A program made the translations under genes and the position numbers. The notes below the pieces were generated by a model. It made no database searches and had not been told where the DNA came from. It saw nothing but the letters and a program-made list of their open reading frames with translations. A stretch of 63,977 bases of DNA, counting the filler, from an uncultured bacterium (lineage in GTDB: Bacteria; DAOPZR01), in the NCBI GenBank assembly GCA_964637655.1. It is 4 parts of 4 records of this genome, joined end to end, with 100 filler letters (N's around TTAATTAATTAA, not from the genome) between each part and the next. Parts side by side here need not be neighbours in the genome. Positions count along the whole stretch, not along the records: positions 1 to 16,569 come from CAZWUZ010000045.1; positions 16,670 to 33,062 come from CAZWUZ010000046.1; 2 more parts are not named here. One strand, written 5' to 3'. Shown piece after piece: positions 9,285 through 18,827 of this stretch. Position 1 is the first letter of the stretch. Every line of letters starts with the position of its first letter.

Positions 9285-9313
9285 ATGCTACACTATGGGT
9301 GGCCGGCAGGCAA
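9285..9313 (-). promoter_or_regulatory. sigma70-like promoter immediately upstream of the sigma54 box
   Basis: Minus strand TTGCCT-N17-TAGCAT; same -10 hexamer and spacing as other promoters in this window. Confidence 0.45.
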
Positions 9314-9362
9314 GTTGCGCGGGATGCCATTTTCGCACTATCGCCATGCCGGGTGGAGCGTT

Positions 9363-10669
9363 ATGCCAACTATTGCCTCGCGGTTCGATCTGTTCCTTCG
9401 GCGTTGCGGGCGGCATTTTCCTGCCACCGGCACCGGCGGGCACAGCGCCTGGCTGATGCAGATGCACCTGCTGGTACTCCTCGTGCTTACCGGCATCGTG
9501 GTCATTCTCCTTGCCGGGCAGGGACGCCACTACCCGCTCTACGCCTCGTCCCTGGTCGTCGCGCTCGCGCTCTTCTTCAATCTCGTCTGTTTCGCCCTGC
9601 TGCGCCGCTGCCCGCACTGGACCCGCGCCCTGCTGCACGCGATCATCGCCTGCGACATCGTCGTCATCACCGTCTTCGTCCACTTCACCGGCGGGCTTAT
9701 CTCGCTCTTCAGCATGGCCTACTTCATCATCATCATCGGCAGTTACATCTTCATTTCGCTCAATACAGGATTTGTCACCGCGCTGGGCGCCTTTGTTGCC
9801 TTCGCGGTTCTCGTCCTGCTCGAGTACTACGGGGTGGTCTCGAGCCATGCGCTGTACGATATCACCCGCCGCCTCCCCGACGACCATCTCTACGTCTATA
9901 CCACCGTCTACCTCAGCGGTCTGCTCTTCTATGCCGTCGCGCTCATCGGCGGGCAGGTGCAGCGCTACCTCGCCGCGACCCAAACCGCGCTGGCACAACT
10001 GGAAAAGATGCGCGCGCTCGGTCAGCTTGCGGCAGGGGTAGCCCACGAGGTCAACAACCCGCTGGGCAATATCAGCGCCTTCCTCGACAGCCGCGAAACC
10101 ACCGGCACCCCGCTCGCCACGGAGGATTTCGCGCTGCTGCGCGGCGAACTGCGGCGCGCGGGAGACACGCTCGGCAAGCTGCTGACCGGCGCCCGCCCGG
10201 CCGCCGCACCGGCGACGCCGGCGCCGGTCGCCGCGGTCATCACCGAGGCGGGCATCCTGCTCGACGCCTCCTGCCGCCGGGCCGGGGTGACGCTCTCCCT
10301 CGACCTGCCAACCGACCTGCCGGCCACCCCGGCGGGTGCCGCCGAACTCAAGGAATGCCTCGTCAACCTCGTGCTCAACGCCGTCGATGCGGTGCAGGCG
10401 TCGCCGGTACGCACGGTGACCGTCAGCGCCGCGCGACGGGGTGACCTGGTGCACCTCAGCGTGCATGATACCGGGCCAGGCATCGCCCCTGAGCACCTGC
10501 CGCACCTGTGCGAGCCCTTCTACACCACCAAGCCAGCCGGCAAGGGGACGGGGCTCGGCCTCTTTCGCGTCTACAGCGTGGTCACCGCTGCCGGCGGCCG
10601 CCTCGACATCGCCAGCGCTCCGGGACACGGCACCACCTTCACCCTCATCCTTCCCGCGGTGGCCGCCTG

Positions 10670-10670
<1 letters not shown>
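9363..10670 (+). CDS. Membrane sensor histidine kinase, PilS-like
   Basis: About 6 TM N-terminus with D..ITVFVHFTGGLISLFSMAY (resembles the PilS membrane domain); H-box AHEVNNPL; N box NLVLNAVDA; G boxes DTGPGI, FYTTK and GTGLGL. Confidence 0.85.
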
Positions 10671-12037
<1,367 letters not shown>

Positions 12038-12109
12038 CGTACACCAGCACGCTATGCAGCATTTTTACCACACTGCTTATCTCTGTATTGCAGACTTTTA
12101 TGTGTTTCC

Positions 12110-13969
12110 TTGAATTCTGTGGTTGAATTACCGCGCACTGACTCAACGGTGGTGCGTGGTGTCAGCACGCTGCTGTTCGTCCTGCTCTTTCTGCTCGCCT
12201 GTTTCACGTACCCGCGCCTCGCACTGGCTACCGGCGACCTGCTGCACCTGACCCCGCTGCTGCAGCGCACGCTGCTGCAGCTGGGGGGAGCGCTGGCCCT
12301 CAGCGGACTGCTGCTGGCGGGGTATGAATACGGGCGCTTTCGCGGCGGGGCGCGGGGTGCACCTGCCGGGGCGCGGCTGCTCGCGCTGCTGCTGCTGGTC
12401 GCGCTCTTAGCCCTCACCAACACCACGCTGAGCGCGGATGACTTGCGCAGTTTCGTGCTCCGCTGCGGCTTGTTCGTCTATGTCGCGCAGGCGCTGCTGC
12501 TGCGTCCCGCCACGCTCATCCCCCCGCGCCCGCTCGGGTGGGCACTGGCCGCGTATGCCGCGGCGCTGACCGTTGCCTGCACGGCTGCCGCGCATCTTCC
12601 CGTCGCGCTGCGCTGGACGCTCGACCAGGTCCTGCTGCTGCTCTTCTTTCTCGCACTGCGCGGCAGCGCACCCGACCCCGGGGCACTGCGCCGCTACCTG
12701 CGCGGTGTCCTGCTGCTCGGCCTGACCGTGGCCGCGCTGCACGGGCTGCTGCAGGCGGGCGGACACGACTGGTTCGCGTGGGAAGGCACACTCCCCGTCG
12801 CCGGCGCACAGCGCGTGGTCACGCAGGCAACCGGCATCTTCGGCAACCCGAACTTTTTCGGCATCCTGATGCTGGTCGCCATGCTGCTCGCGGGGGGCAC
12901 CGCCGCCGACCGCGCGCTGACGTCCCGCCTGCGCTTTACTGCCGCGCTCGCGGCCGTTCCCGCCGCCTGCGGCCTGCTTCTTTCCTATTCGCGCAGCGCC
13001 TGGGTTATCGCCGCCGCGACCGCGTGTATCGCCCTCTGGAGTGCGCGAAAGCAGCTGACGCCGCGCCGCCTGCTGCTTGCCGTCGCCGCGCTGCTGCTGC
13101 TGCTCGCCCCGGTGCTCTTCGCCCACCACGACCTGATTGCCCGGCGACTGCAGTCGCTCACCGGGGGCGGCCGCTCGCTGGCCGCGCGCCTGCTGCTCTA
13201 CGAGAGCGCGCTGCGCCTCACGCTGCAGCGCCCGCTGACCGGCTGGGGGCCCGACCATTTCCAGTTCGTCTTCGACCGTGCCATCGACCCGGCCTTCTTC
13301 CGTTTCTATCCGCCCTCGGTCAATTTCCTGCAGCATACGCATAACGAGTTCCTGCAGGTGCTCGCGGAAACGGGGGTGCCCGGACTGGCCGCCTGGCTGC
13401 TGCTGCTGGCCGCCGCGTTCCACGCCGCACGCGGCGGCGGCGCCTGCACCGCGGCCGCCAGTGCGCTCCTCGCCGCGGAACTTTTCAGTTTCAATTTCCG
13501 CTTTCTGCTCTTCCCCTTCCTCTGCTGGCTGCTGCTCGCGCTGGGTGCCGCCCGCCCCACCGCACCGCCGCCCCCCGCCGCCCCCCGGCTGCGCCGCCTG
13601 CTCCCGCTCCTGCTGTTCGTCGCCGCACTGCTCTGGTTCAGTCAGCCCTACTTTGCCAGCGGCTATGCGCGGCTCGGGGCGCTCTACCCGCGCGACGGGT
13701 TTGCCGGCTACTCCCTGCCGCGCGTCTTCTACCTGCACGCGCTCGCCTACGATGACGCCTGCCTGCGCGCGCATCTGGAACTGGCGGAACTCTACTGGTC
13801 AGCCGGCGAGTACGCTGACAGCCGGATCCACCTGCAGGAACTGCAGCGCTATTCCCGCACCTACGGCAACAGCGACCGCCGCCTGGCCGAGGTCTGCCGG
13901 CTGCTGGGCGATACCGCCGCCGCCGCACACCACCGCCAGCGCGCCGCTGTGCTGGAACCGTATCAGTAA
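12110..13969 (+). CDS. O-antigen ligase (Wzy_C/WaaL/O-OTase) family membrane protein with C-terminal TPR-like region
   Basis: GIFGNPNFFG, LSYSRSAW, PLTGWGPDHF and HTHNEFLQVLAETG motifs; many TM segments; helical TPR-like tail. Start uncertain. Confidence 0.8.
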   Translation: MNSVVELPRTDSTVVRGVSTLLFVLLFLLACFTYPRLALATGDLLHLTPLLQRTLLQLGGALALSGLLLAGYEYGRFRGGARGAPAGARLLALLLLVALLALTNTTLSADDLRSFVLRCGLFVYVAQALLLRPATLIPPRPLGWALAAYAAALTVACTAAAHLPVALRWTLDQVLLLLFFLALRGSAPDPGALRRYLRGVLLLGLTVAALHGLLQAGGHDWFAWEGTLPVAGAQRVVTQATGIFGNPNFFGILMLVAMLLAGGTAADRALTSRLRFTAALAAVPAACGLLLSYSRSAWVIAAATACIALWSARKQLTPRRLLLAVAALLLLLAPVLFAHHDLIARRLQSLTGGGRSLAARLLLYESALRLTLQRPLTGWGPDHFQFVFDRAIDPAFFRFYPPSVNFLQHTHNEFLQVLAETGVPGLAAWLLLLAAAFHAARGGGACTAAASALLAAELFSFNFRFLLFPFLCWLLLALGAARPTAPPPPAAPRLRRLLPLLLFVAALLWFSQPYFASGYARLGALYPRDGFAGYSLPRVFYLHALAYDDACLRAHLELAELYWSAGEYADSRIHLQELQRYSRTYGNSDRRLAEVCRLLGDTAAAAHHRQRAAVLEPYQ

Positions 13970-14015
13970 AATCAGGTTTCTTCTTTCCTCAGCTTCTACA
14001 GCAGGGAAAACTTGG

Positions 14016-14234
14016 CAGGTTGTTGAATACCTGCTCACGGAAAGTGTTTTCTGCCGGTCATGCCCGAGGTTGGTAATCGGGCATCCAGCAGTTTCCCGTC
14101 GCGCGTGCTGGATTCTTCCCCGCATTGTGCAATCGGGAATCCAGTATCAGCGACGGGAACGACTGGATTCCCGCTTTCGCGGGGATGACGGCAACGCCAA
14201 TCCCGGCGTGACAATGGTGTTTTTCAACATCCTG
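14016..14234. mobile_element. Putative MITE with imperfect terminal inverted repeats enclosing REP-like palindromes
   Basis: Left end CAGGTTGTTGAA (14016-14027) vs right end TTCAACATCCTG (14223-14234). Internal GTCATGCCCGA..TCGGGCATCCAG, CTGGATTC..GGGAATCCAG and CTGGATTCCCGCTTTCGCGGGGATGAC. Confidence 0.55.
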
Positions 14235-14834
14235 TTAGCGACGCCAGTTGCTGGCGGGGTTGATGAGCTTGGCCTGCAGGACGCTGATGCGCTGTTCCAG
14301 TTGCGCCAGTTTGCTGTCGAGCGCGGTCACGCGGCTGCGGAGCGCCGTCACCTGCGCCAGTTGCGCGGTGCTGCCGCCGGTACCGGCAACTGCCGCGAGC
14401 TGCTGCTGCAGGTTCTGCAGTTCGCCGCGCAGCGCGGCGAATTCCTGTGCCGCCGACGCGGCCGCCTGCCGCTGCGCTTCCAGCGTCGCCGCGCCCGCCT
14501 CGAGGTCGTTCACCTGCTGCAGTTTGCCGAGGTGGGCATCGAGCTGCTGTTCATACAGCGGCAGGCGGGCCACGAGAAAATCGTAATCGCGACCCCAGGC
14601 CGCGCGCTCCGCCGCGGCGGAATCGCTCTCCGGCGTTGCCGCCACTGGCGCCGGTTCAACCGGTACCGGTGCCGCAGCCACCGGGCGGGGCGTGTCAACG
14701 GGCGGGGGAAGATTGCGCACATCAGGGGGGCGCGGCGTCTCTGCCGGCGCGTCACCCAGCGTCGTCTCGCCGCCGCATCCGGCGCAGAACATCAAGCCGA
14801 GGGCGACCGTTGCCACCCGCATCCACCGGTTCAT
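14235..14834 (-). CDS. Hypothetical lipoprotein with Pro-rich linker and coiled coil
   Basis: Signal peptide with lipobox FCAG-C; heptad-rich C-terminus; leaderless promoter TTGCCC-N17-TATGAT 6 nt upstream of ATG. Confidence 0.7.
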   Translation of the reverse strand: MNRWMRVATVALGLMFCAGCGGETTLGDAPAETPRPPDVRNLPPPVDTPRPVAAAPVPVEPAPVAATPESDSAAAERAAWGRDYDFLVARLPLYEQQLDAHLGKLQQVNDLEAGAATLEAQRQAAASAAQEFAALRGELQNLQQQLAAVAGTGGSTAQLAQVTALRSRVTALDSKLAQLEQRISVLQAKLINPASNWRR

Positions 14835-14920
14835 GCGGGCATCATACCTTCGCGGCAGGCGCGGGGCAAGCAGCCGTCAGCTGTATTGCGCTGCTACCGG
14901 CGCCGTGCTACCATGCGCGC

Positions 14921-15733
14921 ATGGACCGCCTGCGCCCGCTGCTTACCGTCATCGAGGAGATCGCCCGCGGCGTCTACACCGACCGCATCCAGGCCTATAC
15001 CGGCGACGACCAGCCGGAGGAGTTGCGCCGCCTCGCCGAAGCCATCGGCATGATGATGGTGAAGATCGAGGCGCGCGAGGAACACAGCCGGCAGTTGATC
15101 GAGCAGCTGCAGCAGGCCAATTGTGCGCTGCAGTGCGCCACGCTCGACACCGTGGTCGCCATCGCCGGCGCGCTCAACGCACGCGACACCTACAGCGCGG
15201 GTCATGGCAGCCGCGTGGCGCAGTATGCCGAACGGCTGGCGCGGCGGCTCGGGCTGCCGCCGGCGGAAATCGAGGAGTTGCGGCTGGCCGGGCTGCTGCA
15301 CGACATCGGCAAGATCGGCTTTTCCGACCGGGTTTTCTCCAACGAGGACGCGACCATCAGCCCGTCGCTGCGCGAGGAGATCGCCCGGCATCCCGACATC
15401 GCCATGGACATCCTCGGGCATCTTTCCTGCCTCGGGCGCGTGCTCGAGTACATTCACCTGCACCATGAACGTCTCGACGGGAGCGGCTACCCGCACCGCA
15501 AGCGCGACACGGAAATCCCGCGCGGGGCGCGCATCATCGCCGTCGCCGACTGCTTCGACGCCATCACCACCTCGCGCCCTTATCAGCAGCGCCAGTCGCC
15601 GGCGCAGGCCTTCGCCATCCTGCGCCGCATCGCCGGCACGCACCTCGACGCCGACCTGGTCGAGCTGCTGATCGCCGACATCGGCGAGTTCGGCCTGGCC
15701 GACGCCGTGCTGCCCGCTTCCGCCCCCGCCTGA
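14921..15733 (+). CDS. HD-GYP domain c-di-GMP phosphodiesterase with HAMP-like N-terminal segment
   Basis: RDTYSAGHGSRVA, LLHDIGKIG, HHERLDGSGYP and IIAVADCFDAITTSRPY motifs; promoter TTGCGC-N17-TACCAT 6 nt upstream. Confidence 0.9.
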   Translation: MDRLRPLLTVIEEIARGVYTDRIQAYTGDDQPEELRRLAEAIGMMMVKIEAREEHSRQLIEQLQQANCALQCATLDTVVAIAGALNARDTYSAGHGSRVAQYAERLARRLGLPPAEIEELRLAGLLHDIGKIGFSDRVFSNEDATISPSLREEIARHPDIAMDILGHLSCLGRVLEYIHLHHERLDGSGYPHRKRDTEIPRGARIIAVADCFDAITTSRPYQQRQSPAQAFAILRRIAGTHLDADLVELLIADIGEFGLADAVLPASAPA

Positions 15734-15735
15734 TC

Positions 15736-17222
15736 ATGCTGACCGCGCCGCGCGCCGCCGCGCTGGTGGCTGTTGTCGCGCTGCTCGTGCGCCTGGGCTA
15801 CCTCTGGTCGCTGCCGGCACACCCGTTTTTCCACACGCCGCACTCGGACCACTTTCTCTATCTGCGCTGGGCCGGGCTGCTCGCCGCAGGCCGTCCCGTG
15901 CCCGCCGATGTAAGCATCCAGCAGCCCGCCTACGCGTATCTGCTCGCGCCCTTCGTCCGCTGCGCCCCCACCCCGGCCGCCGCCGCGCGCCTCGCCCACG
16001 TGCTCGAGCCCTTCGCCCACTGCGCTCCCACCACCCGGGCCACCGTCGCGCGCCGTGCGCACCTGCTCACCGGCTGCCTGAACGCGGCGCTGCTGACGCT
16101 GCTGGCGGCACGCGCACTGCCGCTGCGCGCCGCGCTCGCCGCGGGCCTGCTCTACGCTGCCGCACAGCCCGTTGTCTTTGCCGACCTGACCTGGAGCAAG
16201 GAACAGCTCGCCGTCACCTGCTGGCTCGCCGTTTTCCTGCTCTGGCCGGCGCGCGGCTGGCGCGTCATCGCGGTGCTCTGTCTCGCCGCACTCGCCGCCG
16301 GACTGCGCGAACTGTTCCTCGTGCCGGTGCTGCTTGCCGCCGCCGCGCTGCTCCCGCGACGTCAGATATTCGCCGCCGGCGCGCTCGCGCTCATGCTGCT
16401 GTGGGGCTGGAGCACGCTGCACACCGCCGTACGCGGCGGCGTGTCGCCGCAGGGCGTCGCGCAGCCGCTCTACGTCGGGGTCTGGCCGGGCGCCGGCATC
16501 ATCTATACTACGCCCCCGTTTGTCAGGCCGGGCCGCATCTATGAAGCGCATGACTGGCGTGCGGAAACGNNNNNNNNNNNNNNNNNNNNNNNNNNNNNNN
16601 NNNNNNNNNNNNNTTAATTAATTAANNNNNNNNNNNNNNNNNNNNNNNNNNNNNNNNNNNNNNNNNNNNGGAAACGGAACGCCGGCTGGGGTCGGGGGTG
16701 AGCGCCGCAACGGAAAACCGCTACTGGCTGCAGCAGGCACTCAACGAAGCCACGCGGGCGCCGGGGCACATCGCGCGTCTCGTCGCGCTGCGCGTCGCCG
16801 CGGGACTCTGGGGCGGCCCGCTGGAGGACAATTATCCCTACGCGCTCTACGCGCAGCGTTCGCTGCTGCGCTGGCTGGTGCCGCACTGGCTGCTCGTCAC
16901 GCTCGGGCTCGGGGGGCTGCTGCTCTGGTGGCGGGGAGGGGAAACGTCGCGCGCCCGCGCGCTCTGCACCGCCGTCGTGCTCGGCACACTGCTGGCCCCC
17001 GCCCCCTTCTACGTGCTCGAGCGGCTGCGCCTGCCGCTCTGGCCGGCACTGGCGGTGGCCGCGGTCGCCGGCCTCATGGCCGCGGTGCGCCTGCCGCGCC
17101 GCTGGCTGCTGCTCTACGCCCTCGCCGCGTTCATCACGCTCAACCCGTGGCTGACTGCGCGCCTCGCTCCCGTCGTGGCGGAGAGTATTTGTATCGGTTT
17201 GCAGGTTATCGCAGGGTACTGA
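15736..17222 (+). CDS. Membrane GT-C (ArnT/PMT-like) glycosyltransferase, split by assembly spacer
   Basis: Polytopic. PHSDHFLYLRWA...QQPAYAYLLA at the N-terminus; after the gap ENRYWLQQAL...DNYPY...PFYVLERLRLP. The two contig ends share GGAAACG in frame. Confidence 0.65.
16570..16669. other. Artificial scaffold spacer (N-run with TTAATTAATTAA six-frame stop)
   Basis: 100-nt N block containing a six-frame stop linker. Confidence 0.97.
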
Positions 17223-17225
17223 CGT

Positions 17226-18029
17226 TCACGGCTTTTCCTGCCCCATGCCGGTACGCGCCGCCAGCTTGTCGATACGGGTGAAGATGCCGCGCAGGATGCG
17301 CACCCACGGCTGCGTCAGTTCGCGCGCCCCGAAGATCTGCCGCAGTTCGCCGACAATTTCCGGGTTGCTCTCCCGCACGTAGCCGAGTTTCCACAGCGCG
17401 CGTTCCATGTGCTGCAGCATCTGCTCGATCTCCGGCTGCGGCGCGGGCGGGAGGCGGGTATCCACCAGGTATTCAGGGATCTGCGCCGAAGCGGTAAACA
17501 GTTCGTACGAGAGCAGCAGCACCGCCTGCGCCAGGTTGAGCGAACCCATCTCGTCGGCGGTGGGGATGGCGATCAGTTCCTGCGCGAGCGCCACCTCGTC
17601 GTTGCTGAGCCCGTCCGCTTCGCAGCCGAAGAGCAGCGCCACGCGCCCGCGCGCGGTCGCCTCCCATACCTTCGCCGCGCCGCCGCGGGCGGAAAGGAAC
17701 GCGTAGCGGTGTTTGCGCTTGCGGCGGGTGACGGCGAAAACACGCACGCAGTCGGCCAGCGCCCCGGGGACGGTGTCGTGGAAGGCAAGACGGTCCAGTT
17801 TGTGTTTCGCGGAGACGGCGAGCGCGCCGGCCTGTTCGCGGTCGAAGGGCTCCGTCATGGCGGCAACCCGCAGGTCGGCAAACCCGAAGTTGGTCAGCGC
17901 GCGCAGCGCGGCGCCGATGTTCCCGGAATGCGCGGGACGGGCGAGGACAAAGGCGATGCGCCCCGCTGCCGCCGCCGGCAGGTGCCCGTCGAGCACGGGC
18001 ACACCCGGGGCAGATTCCACCGTGCTCAC
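17226..18029 (-). CDS. trmJ: SPOUT RNA methyltransferase, TrmJ/LasT (TrmH group 1)
   Basis: RPAHSGNIGAALRALTNFG, LLFGCEADGLSNDE, IPT...SLNLAQAV..YEL and ILRGI motifs. Confidence 0.85.
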   Translation of the reverse strand: MSTVESAPGVPVLDGHLPAAAAGRIAFVLARPAHSGNIGAALRALTNFGFADLRVAAMTEPFDREQAGALAVSAKHKLDRLAFHDTVPGALADCVRVFAVTRRKRKHRYAFLSARGGAAKVWEATARGRVALLFGCEADGLSNDEVALAQELIAIPTADEMGSLNLAQAVLLLSYELFTASAQIPEYLVDTRLPPAPQPEIEQMLQHMERALWKLGYVRESNPEIVGELRQIFGARELTQPWVRILRGIFTRIDKLAARTGMGQEKP

Positions 18030-18035
18030 GGCCGG

Positions 18036-18827
18036 CTACGCCGGCGGGGCGCCGGCGCTGCCGTCGAAAGCGGCCGCCAGGTCGAGGAAGTTGTCGAGCG
18101 ACTTGACCTGCGTGCGCAGGGTGGCGAGCACGCGCTCGTCCTTCCCCTTGCCTTCGAGGTTGCGCAGCGTACGCTTCAGCCGCCCGCGCCGCAGTCCGAG
18201 CTTCTCGCGGATTTCCTGCACCAGCGCCGGGTCGAGCACGTTGCCCGACGCCTCCTCGAAGGCGCCGATATCGTCGAGCAGTTCCTTCGCCTGCAGCTTG
18301 AGCAGTTCGTCCTCGTTTTCCTGGATGAAGTACTTCATCGCCGCGATGGTGTCCTGCTTGAGGGTGGCAAGGCGGCGGCGCAGCAGCGGGCGGTTGTCGA
18401 CCCCGACCACCACCTCGCGCTCCTCCCCCTCGCCGAGGATGCGCTTCACCCGTTCGAGCATGTCGGGGATGTCGACCGGCTTGGTGATGTAATGCGACAC
18501 GCCAAGCACCGCGGCCTGGCGCACCATGTCCGCCATGTTGAAGGCGGTGCTCATGATCACCGGGGTGGCGCGGTCGGTGGCGCGAATGCGCTGCAGGACC
18601 TGGATGCCCGTCATATCGGGGAGTTTGATATCGAGGATGATGAGTTCCGGATGCCATGACTCGTAGAACTGCAGCGCCTCCTGCCCGTACTTGGCGAAGC
18701 GCAGGTCGTAGCCGAGCTCGGCGAACGCCTGCTTGTACATCAGTTGCACGTACTCGACATCGTCGACCACCAGCACGCGCCGCCGCTTCTTCTCCTTCTT
18801 CGCCGGTTTCGCTTCGTCTGCCATCAT
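18036..18827 (-). CDS. Response regulator (REC plus unrecognised helical C-terminal domain)
   Basis: VLVVDD, IILDIKLPDMTG, STA and YITKP motifs; ATGA overlap with the kinase. Confidence 0.88.
   Translation of the reverse strand: MMADEAKPAKKEKKRRRVLVVDDVEYVQLMYKQAFAELGYDLRFAKYGQEALQFYESWHPELIILDIKLPDMTGIQVLQRIRATDRATPVIMSTAFNMADMVRQAAVLGVSHYITKPVDIPDMLERVKRILGEGEEREVVVGVDNRPLLRRRLATLKQDTIAAMKYFIQENEDELLKLQAKELLDDIGAFEEASGNVLDPALVQEIREKLGLRRGRLKRTLRNLEGKGKDERVLATLRTQVKSLDNFLDLAAAFDGSAGAPPA

Noticed and set aside
12038-12109. Possible activator binding site or sigma54 promoter downstream of the response regulator
   Set aside because: AT-richer spacer, but I found no GG-N10-GC box or convincing inverted repeat
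16614-16625. TTAATTAATTAA motif recurring three times in the window
   Set aside because: Assembly linker embedded in N runs, not biological
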